Assembly (NCBI GenBank): GCA_963773405.1
Contig: CAVZAQ010000002.1
Location: 7,116 to 71,115, forward strand
Origin: an uncultured Chloroflexia bacterium
GTDB taxonomy: Bacteria > Chloroflexota > Limnocylindria > QHBO01
Direction of reading: 5' to 3'
DNA length: 64,000 nt
Shown: positions 41,617 through 48,382 of the stretch, one piece after another
How positions within the stretch are numbered: the stretch's first letter is position 1
Layout: each line of letters opens with the position of its first letter
The notes under the pieces: generated by a model
The model's input: only the letters and a program-made list of their open reading frames with translations
The model's database searches: none
Told to the model about the DNA's origin: nothing
Made by a program: the position numbers and the translations under genes

Positions 41617-42627
41617 CTATGTGCTGCGCCGCCCGCGACGCCGGCTTCGCTTGTAGGCCGTGACATCGCGCTTCGTTGAGTACCAGAGCCCGTCCTGGTG
41701 AGTCGCCCGCAGTCGACCGGCTTGTGCGGCCCTCCGAAGCGCCAGCAGGCTAAGGTCGCGATCCGCGAGCGCCGACAACGGCAGCAGCCGATGTGGGCCT
41801 GCGAGGGCCGGCAAGAGGAAGCGGTCCAGTCCGTCCTTGACCGCTCGCGCAAGAAGTTCAGCGAGAGACCCTGCGTTCCCTGCATCGGCCCGGCGGAGCG
41901 CTGCCAAGTACCGGGGCCGGTCCCGTTTGTAGATGACGGCGGGCGCATATCCTCGCCGGACGAGCAGCAGGTTCAGGGCCAGGCGACCCGCACGGCCGTT
42001 TCCATCACGGAACGGGTGGATCTGCTCGAATCGAGCATGGAGTCCAGCGAGGTGCTCCATGAGGTGCTGCCCGCCGCGCGGCGCCGCATTGGAGTCCCGG
42101 ATCCAGTCGGTGATGAGCGCGGGGACGTCGGTGAACGGGGGAGGCTGCATGCCACTGGGGAACGCGGCGATGTCGTGCAGGCGGAAGGACCCCGGACCTT
42201 CGCCGGGGGCCAGTTGCTCCGGTGGCTGCACCTTCCACACCCCCTCGATCAGGGTCCGGTGGATCTGTCGCAATTCAGTGATCGTGATGTGGTTGCTCGG
42301 CGCCCAGGCCACTGCCTTCGTTGCCTGCTCATACACCCATTCAGCGGCTTCCGCGTACCCTTGGACCTCGAGGTACTGGGCGAGTTCTTCGTTGCCCACG
42401 GCACGTCCCTCATCGAGCAGGAGCCGCACCTGCTTCAGCACCAGCGTGTTTCCCTCGATCGCGGTCGAGTTATGCGCCTCCTCGTACCAGATGCCCTTCC
42501 AGATGTCGCGTGCCTCGAACGGCGCTGGCAGGCCGCCGATACGGCGGAGCTCGTCGATCTCCCGATCGACTGCTTCGAAGATCGCTGTGCGCGTCGGTCG
42601 GCCACGGTGTGGCATTTCGATCGCCAT
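41617..42627 (-). CDS. Fic-domain protein (class II: N-terminal inhibitory motif plus C-terminal winged-helix-like tail)
   Basis: HPFRDGNGRAGRLALNLLLV is a canonical HxFx(D/E)GNGRxxR motif. STAIEGN matches the (S/T)xxxE(G/N) inhibitory motif. The C-terminus is basic, ...YKRSRRRGRRST. Confidence 0.9.
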   Translation of the reverse strand: MAIEMPHRGRPTRTAIFEAVDREIDELRRIGGLPAPFEARDIWKGIWYEEAHNSTAIEGNTLVLKQVRLLLDEGRAVGNEELAQYLEVQGYAEAAEWVYEQATKAVAWAPSNHITITELRQIHRTLIEGVWKVQPPEQLAPGEGPGSFRLHDIAAFPSGMQPPPFTDVPALITDWIRDSNAAPRGGQHLMEHLAGLHARFEQIHPFRDGNGRAGRLALNLLLVRRGYAPAVIYKRDRPRYLAALRRADAGNAGSLAELLARAVKDGLDRFLLPALAGPHRLLPLSALADRDLSLLALRRAAQAGRLRATHQDGLWYSTKRDVTAYKRSRRRGRRST

Positions 42628-42632
42628 TGGAA

Positions 42633-42722
42633 TTCAGTACGCCTAGCGGGAAATATTGGGATCGTACTGAAGTCTAGTACCAGTTCGGTACGAGCGCGTC
42701 AAGAGAAATCGACCGTACCGAA
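42633..42722. promoter_or_regulatory. Two 39-bp dyads, TTC(A/G)GTAC-N23-GTAC(T/C)GAA, immediately upstream of the Fic start
   Basis: TTCAGTAC (42633-42640) pairs with GTACTGAA (42664-42671). TTCGGTAC (42684-42691) pairs with GTACCGAA (42715-42722). The geometry matches that upstream of the paralogue at 46295-46385. Confidence 0.6.
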
Positions 42723-42804
42723 TTCCCCTCGACTGGTCGATTGGCTGGGCAGCGGTCGAGCGTGACATGTCAGCGGAAGGCGTATACCGACAATACCGCT
42801 CGTC

Positions 42805-42969
42805 GAGCGCTGTGCGACAATGCGGCGTCTGGTTTTCCGCTCTGTTTGAGCGTGAAACGCGCGCCCGTAGCTCAGCGGATAGAGCGGATGGCTTCGGACC
42901 AGAAACCCGATTGCGGTGTGCCTCTCCTCGTGGGATGCCGAGCATTTCGGGCCGAGTTATCCGCTGTGT
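42805..42969 (+). repeat. Repeat unit 2: promoter-like box plus leader, truncated tRNA-Arg 5' half (42861-42901, one D-loop substitution) and a conserved ~68-nt tail
   Basis: GAGCGCTGTGCGACAATG...TTTGAGCGTGAAAC, then GCGCCCGTAGCTCAGCGGATAGAGCGGATGGCTTCGGACCA, then GAAACCCGATTGCGGTGTGCCTCTCCTCGTGGGATGCCGAGCATTTCGGGCCGAGTTATCCGCTGTGT. Confidence 0.85.
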
Positions 42970-43016
42970 TTGCCCTCGATCTCACCCCTCCGTCCCCAGG
43001 CAGCCCCAGGGCGGGG

Positions 43017-44114
43017 TCACTGGAGGGAGGAAACGATCTCGCCTGCAGCCGAGGTCTCGAGGAGACGCGAGCCAAGCAGATAGACTCGGGCCCGCCGGTC
43101 TCCAGACCCGATGAGCCAGCCGCCCGCCACGGCACGGGCCAAGTCTCTGGTCGTGCTCTGCGGGCTGCGACCAGTAAGCGCGATGTAGTCCGATGCGCGC
43201 AGGTGGCGATTGACCCAGGCGAACGCCAGGCCATCGATCATCGACGCCGGGAGGGCGCCCTCGGAGATGGCTCGCCGGATGGCGATCATGATTTCGCCGA
43301 GCCCGCGGATCCGCGCTAGGACGAAATCGGCCGAGTTCAGAAGCGAAGTCAGGAAGTACGAGACGAACGGGGTAGCGTCATACCCAGGCTCGTACGAACG
43401 ACCAACTGCCGTGCGAATCGCGGCAAAGTATGCGGTCCGGTCGAGATCCAGCTGGGCATCAAGGGAGACCAAACCGTCGAGGCCAAAGTCATGGCGGATG
43501 AGGATGAACCGCGACACGGCGCGTGCCGTCCGGCCATTGCCGTCGTTGAATGGGTGGATTGCGAGCAGCTCGAGATGGGCGAGAGCCGCCGCCACCAACG
43601 GACCGTGTCGCGTCGGAGCCGATGTCAGCCATTGGGAGTATTCGCGCATCAGAGACGGGACATCCCCCGACGGTGGCGTGCTGAAGATGGTCCGCCCAGC
43701 GTCGTCGATAACGCGGTTTTCGCCACGTCGGTATTCGCCGGGTGTCAGGAGGGGACTCTGACCCCATAGCACGCGCCGATGAATCTCCCGAATGAAGCCT
43801 TCATCGGGTCCAATCGCTGGCTTGGCTGCGAGTTCATCGACGAGGGCAAGGGCCTCCCGGGTCCCGATAACCTCGCGGGCCTCTCGATCGTTCAGCCGGC
43901 GTCGTTCACCGCCGGCGAGCAGAGCTTCAACTTCCACGTCGGAGAGGGTGTTGCCCTCGATTCGCGTCGTTCCGTGGATGGTCCGTACCCAGGCTCGGTT
44001 GCGAAGCCAGCTGGCGTGAGTAGGGTCGATCGGCAGGTTGCGGAACAGCCAGCGGCGCTGATCCAGGTCCTCAAGGATCCGCCTGAGGCCACGTGAACGG
44101 AGCCGATACCGCAT
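43017..44114 (-). CDS. Fic-domain protein, second type (class II motif, long C-terminal winged-helix region)
   Basis: HPFNDGNGRTARAVSRFILI is the Fic motif, and TTRIEGN is the inhibitory motif. The start is placed at the ATG at 44114 (MRYRLRSRGL), 5 nt after GGGAGGAG. ORF 43017..44222 extends 36 codons further upstream. Confidence 0.85.
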   Translation of the reverse strand: MRYRLRSRGLRRILEDLDQRRWLFRNLPIDPTHASWLRNRAWVRTIHGTTRIEGNTLSDVEVEALLAGGERRRLNDREAREVIGTREALALVDELAAKPAIGPDEGFIREIHRRVLWGQSPLLTPGEYRRGENRVIDDAGRTIFSTPPSGDVPSLMREYSQWLTSAPTRHGPLVAAALAHLELLAIHPFNDGNGRTARAVSRFILIRHDFGLDGLVSLDAQLDLDRTAYFAAIRTAVGRSYEPGYDATPFVSYFLTSLLNSADFVLARIRGLGEIMIAIRRAISEGALPASMIDGLAFAWVNRHLRASDYIALTGRSPQSTTRDLARAVAGGWLIGSGDRRARVYLLGSRLLETSAAGEIVSSLQ

Positions 44115-44125
44115 GCGCTCCTCCC

Positions 44126-44147
44126 GGTAATTGCGGATATTATTACC
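44126..44147. promoter_or_regulatory. Dyad GGTAAT-N10-ATTACC upstream of the second Fic gene
   Basis: GGTAATTGCGGATATTATTACC sits in the only AT-rich patch of this cassette. Confidence 0.4.
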
Positions 44148-44208
44148 GCCCACGGTAGTATTCGCAACCTTTACAGCGTTACGTTCAGACGAGACCATCC
44201 CGCTCCTC

Positions 44209-44373
44209 GAGCGCTGTGGCACAATGCGTCGTCTGGTTTTCCGCTCTGTTTGAGCGTGAAACGCGCGCCCGTAGCTCAGCGGACAGAGCGGGTGGCTTCG
44301 GACCAGAAACCCGGCCGCGGTGTGCCCACCCTCCTGCAGCGCCGACCATTTCGCGCCGAGTTATCCGCTGTGT
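44209..44373 (+). repeat. Repeat unit 3: promoter-like box plus leader, truncated tRNA-Arg 5' half (44265-44305, one A-to-G substitution) and a conserved tail variant
   Basis: GAGCGCTGTGGCACAATG..., then GCGCCCGTAGCTCAGCGGACAGAGCGGGTGGCTTCGGACCA, then GAAACCCGGCCGCGGTGTGCCCACCCTCCTGCAGCGCCGACCATTTCGCGCCGAGTTATCCGCTGTGT. Confidence 0.85.
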
Positions 44374-44377
44374 CCCG

Positions 44378-44794
44378 TCAGTCCGGGAGGAGGAGCAGGG
44401 CGTCGACATGGCGCGGTCGGAGGACACCGAAATGGCGATGGTCGAGCGTCGCCAGCTTCGGCTCATTCAGGCGCTCGACGACTGTCAGCACAGCCGCGTC
44501 GACATAGCCAATGTCGGCATCGGCGTACCGGTCGCACAGCTCGGCGATCCGACGATGATCGTCCGCGCTTAGGTTCACGAGCCCGTACGCTCCGCTCTCG
44601 ATGTCCGCGAGCAACGCGACGAGCACGCCTGGGTGAAGGCTGCGATGGATGAGGTAGTCCACTTCGACGAGCACGGGAGCCGGGATCAGGAGCGGCTCCT
44701 CGCTGCTCTCGATCAGGTGCCGACAGCGAGAATGATCGTCATCACTGCGGTCGAGGGAGGCGTACAGGGGACCGGTATCGAGGATCAGCGCCAC
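44378..44794 (-). CDS. vapC: PIN-domain toxin (VapC family)
   Basis: MALILDTGPLYASLDRSD...LLIPAPVLVEVDYL...GYVDAAVLTVVERL...LATLDHRHF shows the PIN acidic residues. There is a 10-nt overlap with the upstream antitoxin gene. Confidence 0.85.
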   Translation of the reverse strand: MALILDTGPLYASLDRSDDDHSRCRHLIESSEEPLLIPAPVLVEVDYLIHRSLHPGVLVALLADIESGAYGLVNLSADDHRRIAELCDRYADADIGYVDAAVLTVVERLNEPKLATLDHRHFGVLRPRHVDALLLLPD

Positions 44795-45009
44795 GTGCGC
44801 GGCTCAGCCAGCTCGTCGGCCGAGCGGCGAGCGATATCGGCCTTCCCCGACGCACCCGAGCCGATGCTGCGCGGACGCGGCCGGGCAGTCGCCAGCTTCT
44901 CGTCGATGGCCTCGCGCACGATGGTGGCCATCGAGACGCCGCGTTCGGCGGCGAGCCGTCTCAGCCTTCCCCGGAGTTCGGGTGGAATGGTAAGGGTGGT
45001 GCGCTCCAT
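44785..45009 (-). CDS. vapB: Ribbon-helix-helix antitoxin (VapB/CopG-like)
   Basis: MERTTLTIPPELRGRLRRLAAERGVSMATIVREAIDEKL matches the RHH pattern. It lies upstream of and overlaps vapC. Confidence 0.8.
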   Translation of the reverse strand: MERTTLTIPPELRGRLRRLAAERGVSMATIVREAIDEKLATARPRPRSIGSGASGKADIARRSADELAEPRTWR

Positions 45010-45032
45010 GGTGCAATGATAGCAGACGATGC

Positions 45033-45049
45033 ATCACCGCACTGGTGAT
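45033..45049. promoter_or_regulatory. Palindrome ATCACC-gcact-GGTGAT upstream of vapB; candidate operator
   Basis: Perfect 6-bp arms, 24 nt upstream of the vapB ATG. Confidence 0.45.
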
Positions 45050-45071
45050 CTGGCAGACCATATCGCGGTGC

Positions 45072-45236
45072 GAGCGCTGTGCAACAATGCCTCGTCTGGT
45101 TTTCCGCTCGGTTTGAGCGTGAAACGCGCGCCCGTAGCTCAGCGGACAGAGCGGATGGCTTCGGACCAGAAACCCGATTGCGGTGTGCCTCTCCTCGTGG
45201 GACGCGGAGCATTTCGGGCCGAGTTATCCGCTGTGT
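45072..45236 (+). repeat. Repeat unit 4: promoter-like box plus leader, truncated tRNA-Arg 5' half (45128-45168, identical to the intact gene) and a conserved tail
   Basis: GAGCGCTGTGCAACAATG..., then the 41-nt 5' half, then GAAACCCGATTGCGGTGTGCCTCTCCTCGTGGGACGCGGAGCATTTCGGGCCGAGTTATCCGCTGTGT. This tail is nearly identical to that of unit 2. Confidence 0.85.
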
Positions 45237-45280
45237 CTGCCACCTGTAGGAGCCTCCCGCGCGCGGGCCCGCCAAGCGCT

Positions 45281-46291
45281 CTAGATGGCGCGCCGGCCGC
45301 GACGGCGGCTTCGCCGGTAGGCGAGGACATCGCGCTTCGTCGAGTACCAGCGACCGTTCTGGTGAGTCGCGCGGAGTCGGCCCGACTGCGCGGCTCTGCG
45401 CAGGGCCAGCGGGCTGAGGTCCCGCTCAGCCAGGGCTGACAACGGCAGCAGCCGATGCGGGCCGGCGAGGGCCGGCAACAGGAAGCGGTCCAGCCCGTCC
45501 TTGACTGCGCGCGCCACGAGCTCCGCGAGGGACCCGCTGTTACCGCGATCGGCCCGGCGGAGTGCGGCCAGGTACTTCGCGCGGTCCCGCTTGTAGATCA
45601 GGGCGGGCGCGTAGCCTCGCCGCACGAGGAGCAGGTTGAGGGCGAGGCGACCTGCACGCCCATTCCCATCGCGGAACGGATGGATCTGCTCGAAGCGAGC
45701 ATGGAGCGTAGCCAGGTGCTCCATGAGGTGCTGTCCGCTGCGGGGTGCCGCATTCGCGTCCCGGATCCAGTCGCTCATGAGCGCGTGGACGTCGGTGAAT
45801 GGTGGTGGCTTCATCCCGCCGGCAAAGGCGCCGATGTCGTGCAGGCGGAATGACCCTGGCCCTTCCCCGGCGATGAGCTGTTCAGGAGGCTTCACTTTCC
45901 ATACCGCCTCGACCAGGGTTCGGTGGATCTGTCGCAGCTCGGTCAGCGTGATGTGGTCGCTGGGTACCCAGGCCACCGCCTTAGTTGCCTGCTCGTATAC
46001 CCATTCAGCGGCTTCTGCATAGCCTTGGACCTCGAGATACTGCGCGAGCTCTTCATCCCCGACTGCACGTCCTTCTTCGAGCAAGACCCGGACTTGTTTG
46101 AGCAGCAGGGTGTTGCCCTCGATCGCGGTAGAGTTGTGCGCCTCCTCGTACCAGATGCCCGTCCAGATATCGCGTGCCTCAAACGGTGCGGGCAGCCCGC
46201 CGATGCGGCGCATCTCCTCGATCTCGCGATCGACGGCGTCGAAGATGGCGGTGCGCGAGGGGCGGCCGCGCTGCGGCATCTCAATCGGCAC
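45281..46291 (-). CDS. Fic-domain protein, close paralogue of 41617..42627
   Basis: It is colinear with the first Fic and most positions are identical by eye (HPFRDGNGRAGRLALNLLLV, STAIEGN, tail YRRSRRRGRRAI). The start is placed at the GTG at 46291 (VPIEMPQRGRP), by analogy with MAIEMPHRGRP and because the dyads begin 4 nt upstream. Confidence 0.85.
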   Translation of the reverse strand: MPIEMPQRGRPSRTAIFDAVDREIEEMRRIGGLPAPFEARDIWTGIWYEEAHNSTAIEGNTLLLKQVRVLLEEGRAVGDEELAQYLEVQGYAEAAEWVYEQATKAVAWVPSDHITLTELRQIHRTLVEAVWKVKPPEQLIAGEGPGSFRLHDIGAFAGGMKPPPFTDVHALMSDWIRDANAAPRSGQHLMEHLATLHARFEQIHPFRDGNGRAGRLALNLLLVRRGYAPALIYKRDRAKYLAALRRADRGNSGSLAELVARAVKDGLDRFLLPALAGPHRLLPLSALAERDLSPLALRRAAQSGRLRATHQNGRWYSTKRDVLAYRRSRRRGRRAI

Positions 46292-46294
46292 GAG

Positions 46295-46385
46295 TTCGGT
46301 ACATACCTCGCCGGATAATTGGACCGTACCGAATTCTAGCACGTGCTTCGGTACGATGACCTCACAAGAAACCCACCGTACCGAA
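46295..46385. promoter_or_regulatory. Two 39-bp dyads, TTCGGTAC-N23-GTACCGAA, upstream of the Fic paralogue
   Basis: 46295-46302 pairs with 46326-46333, and 46347-46354 pairs with 46378-46385. Confidence 0.6.
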
Positions 46386-46443
46386 TTCCTTCCCGCTGGC
46401 CGAACTGTGAGCTAGATCTGACCCCCAGACCATCCCGCTGTCC

Positions 46444-46499
46444 GAGCGCTGTGGCAGAATGGCTCGGCTGGTCTTCCGCTCGCTTTGAGCGTGAAGCGC
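46444..46499 (+). promoter_or_regulatory. Promoter-like box and leader of the intact tRNA-Arg gene (fifth copy of the repeat)
   Basis: GAGCGCTGTGGCAGAATGGCTCGGCTGGTCTTCCGCTCGCTTTGAGCGTGAAGC is colinear with the four upstream units. The (T/C/G/A)A(C/G)AAT hexamer is a plausible -10 element. Confidence 0.5.
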
Positions 46500-46575
46500 G
46501 CGCCCGTAGCTCAGCGGACAGAGCGGATGGCTTCGGACCATCAGGTCGCGGGTTCGATTCCTGCCGGGCGCGCCA
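46500..46575 (+). tRNA. tRNA-Arg, anticodon UCG, with encoded CCA
   Basis: Manual cloverleaf: acceptor stem GCGCCCG/CGGGCGC, D arm GCTC-AGCGGACA-GAGC, and anticodon arm GATGG-CTTCGGA-CCATC (TCG at 46533-46535). Variable loop AGGTC, T arm GCGGG-TTCGATT-CCTGC, discriminator G, then CCA. Confidence 0.9.
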
Positions 46576-48019
46576 AGAACATAACTTCGGGAAGAGCCAA
46601 CGCCAGTCCGTGGCGGTAAGCCTCGGGCGTGAGCTCGACCTCTCGGACGCCGTCGACGTCAACGACGACCCGGGCGTAGACCGCGCGCAGGAGCCTTGAG
46701 CGAGCCTCCTCGCCGGCGAGGCGCCAGGCGGAACGGAGGTCGCGCAGGGCAGCCACGGCCGAGTCGGGGTCGATTGCCGGGCGAGAGTGGCGTGCTTCCG
46801 AGAGCGCGTCGAGCTCGGCGCTGATGCGTCGATGTTCGGCCAGATAGGCCTCCGTGGTTAGTTGCCGGCGGGCATGTCGGTGGGCGCGCTCCCGGAGTTC
46901 ATGCTCGAGCTGGCGACGGCGGATGGCGGTGCTGGGAACGGGCGCCGCCTCGAGGTTGGCCAGCGCCCGAACGCGAGCCAGGGTCGCGCGGTCGAGCCGC
47001 AGGCCCGTGAGCTGCGCGACCAGCGGGGTCTCGTAGCGCTCGGCGCGGCGGCTCGCTGCCGACCACGCAGGGCACGGCCGGATGTGACGGATCCGGCGGT
47101 AGACGTAACCCTTGGGGGTGGCGATGTCGCAGCGCAGTCGAGCGCCACACGCGGCGCAGAAGGCGCGGCCGGAGAGCGGGTGGATCCGCCCGGAGCGTGG
47201 ACCGCCGCCGCGCGACCTCACACCCCGGACCTCGGCCACCTGCGCCCACAGCTCGTCAGAGACGGGCGGATGCGACCGCCACGGCGCGGGTGCGCGCTGC
47301 TCGTGCCGTGAGCGCCGGTGGCGCACCGCCCAGCCGTTGTACAGGGGGTTGCGCAGGATGGCGCGGATCGCGTCGGCGCGCATGCCGGTCTCGGCCTCAA
47401 GGGCAGTTAGGCTCCAGTCTCCGGTGGCATAGAGCTCGAAAAGCGCAACCGCTCGTGGCATGCTCCCTGGGTCGATCACCAGCCGTGCATCCGGGGCAGG
47501 CGTGCGGCGGAAGCCGAGCCCGGGCGACCCACCCTGATCGCCGAGCCGGAACTTGGCGGCGTAGCCCTCGGCGATGCGCCGCGCTAGGCGTCGGCTGTAG
47601 GCCTCGGCCTCGACCGCCTCGCGGGCCCAGCGCTCCCAATGATCCTCGTCGGAACTGAGCAGTTCCTCGTCGCAGAAGAGGAGAGCGGCGCCGGCGGCGT
47701 GCAGATCGTCCCGGACGTTGACCGCCGTCTTCAGATTGCGCGCGAAGCGGCTGACGTAACCGACCAGCAGGACGTCATATCCCTCGCCGGCGGTGGCCAG
47801 CATCTCCGCGAACGCGGCGGTGTTCGCCACGGTGCGACCCGAGTGGGCGACCTCCCAAGCCAGTCCCGTGTCCACCAAGCCCCAGCGTTCCAGGGCACGG
47901 TCCTGCTGGGCTCGTTGGGCGGCCGGTCCATAGCGGTCGGCCTGGCCGTGCGTGCTCTCGCGTATCCAGCGCGCGGCACGTAGACCATGGAGTTCGTCGA
48001 GCGATCCCGGGAGGTTCAT
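46541..48019 (-). CDS. Large serine recombinase (resolvase domain, recombinase domain, zinc ribbon, coiled coil)
   Basis: RAARWIRESTHGQ (catalytic Ser), VLLVGYVSRFARN, NPLYNGW, CAACGARLRC. The ATG is at 48019, after GAGGAAGGG. The last 11 codons (ARPAGIEPAT*) are encoded antisense to the tRNA 3' half. The stop codon is at 46541-46543. Confidence 0.85.
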   Translation of the reverse strand: MNLPGSLDELHGLRAARWIRESTHGQADRYGPAAQRAQQDRALERWGLVDTGLAWEVAHSGRTVANTAAFAEMLATAGEGYDVLLVGYVSRFARNLKTAVNVRDDLHAAGAALLFCDEELLSSDEDHWERWAREAVEAEAYSRRLARRIAEGYAAKFRLGDQGGSPGLGFRRTPAPDARLVIDPGSMPRAVALFELYATGDWSLTALEAETGMRADAIRAILRNPLYNGWAVRHRRSRHEQRAPAPWRSHPPVSDELWAQVAEVRGVRSRGGGPRSGRIHPLSGRAFCAACGARLRCDIATPKGYVYRRIRHIRPCPAWSAASRRAERYETPLVAQLTGLRLDRATLARVRALANLEAAPVPSTAIRRRQLEHELRERAHRHARRQLTTEAYLAEHRRISAELDALSEARHSRPAIDPDSAVAALRDLRSAWRLAGEEARSRLLRAVYARVVVDVDGVREVELTPEAYRHGLALALPEVMFLARPAGIEPAT

Positions 48020-48382
48020 GTCTGGCCCTTCCTCACCGCCCTCAGCGTACCGCGCCGGCAACGCGCCTCGTGTTCTCTCCGCGTTACGTCAACGCCAAGC
48101 TCCAGGAGGGCGCGGCAGAGTCGACAGCCACAGATCCGAATTGCAACAGGGCCCGCTGTCCTAGCCGCTGCCCGGCCGACGACGACGCCGCCATTCGACG
48201 GCGGCAACCGCACCAGGGCGTGATGCAGCGCACGCGGCGAGCGCGTCGCCGGAGCAGCGCGGCGCGGTCGTACGCGAGGGTGCGTCCGCTTCAGCCGCCG
48301 AGCCGGACTGCCCCGAGGCATGCTGCACCGATGTGCTTCACGGGGACCACACTCGTCAAGGCTGCACCGGCGGCGAGCGGCT

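Larger units (their letters stand above)
41488..42901. mobile_element. Cassette 1 (1414 bp between equivalent breakpoints): tail, Fic gene, promoter plus tRNA 5' half. Putative integrase-less mini-element
   Basis: It is bounded by the GGACCA breakpoints of repeat units 1 and 2 and carries a single cargo gene antisense to the tRNA halves. Mobility is inferred, not shown. Confidence 0.4.
42902..44305. mobile_element. Cassette 2 (1404 bp): tail, Fic gene of a different clade, promoter plus tRNA 5' half
   Basis: The logic is the same as for cassette 1. Confidence 0.4.
44306..45168. mobile_element. Cassette 3 (863 bp): tail, vapBC, promoter plus tRNA 5' half
   Basis: The logic is the same as for cassette 1. 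Confidence 0.4.
45169..46540. mobile_element. Cassette 4 (1372 bp): tail, Fic gene (paralogue of cassette 1), promoter plus tRNA 5' half
   Basis: The logic is the same as for cassette 1. Its right-hand tRNA 5' half is the one that continues into a complete tRNA. Confidence 0.4.

Noticed and set aside
42767-45439. ORFs spanning the repeat units: 42767..43114, 44216..44572, 44250..44507, 45029..45439, 46343..46699 and their antisense partners. They share peptides such as VWFSALFERETRARSSADRA.
   Set aside because: The shared peptide is just the translation of the repeated tRNA and leader DNA. The copies differ by indels that do not respect a reading frame.
41391-46575. Could the regularly spaced repeats be a CRISPR array?
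   Set aside because: - The repeat units are about 165 bp, not 25-40 bp.
- The spacers are 0.7-1.2 kb and contain complete genes with promoters.
- The repeat is demonstrably the promoter and 5' half of a tRNA gene.
- No cas genes are present in the window.
41447-46575. Could this be a tRNA-Arg gene interrupted by group I introns or a split tRNA?
   Set aside because: - Each interruption is followed by a new promoter and a new 5' half, not by the 3' exon.
- The inserted sequences carry antisense protein genes.
- The conserved tail cannot pair with the acceptor or anticodon 5' strands to rebuild a cloverleaf.
48016-48320. An Arg-rich ~100-codon reading frame (part of ORF 48016..48555). Its TGA overlaps the recombinase ATG as ATGA, so it could be an excisionase or directionality factor.
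   Set aside because: The composition looks non-coding (about one third Arg/Ala/Pro) and no HTH or zinc-finger pattern could be assigned with confidence. It is kept only as a note. It would need homologues or expression data.
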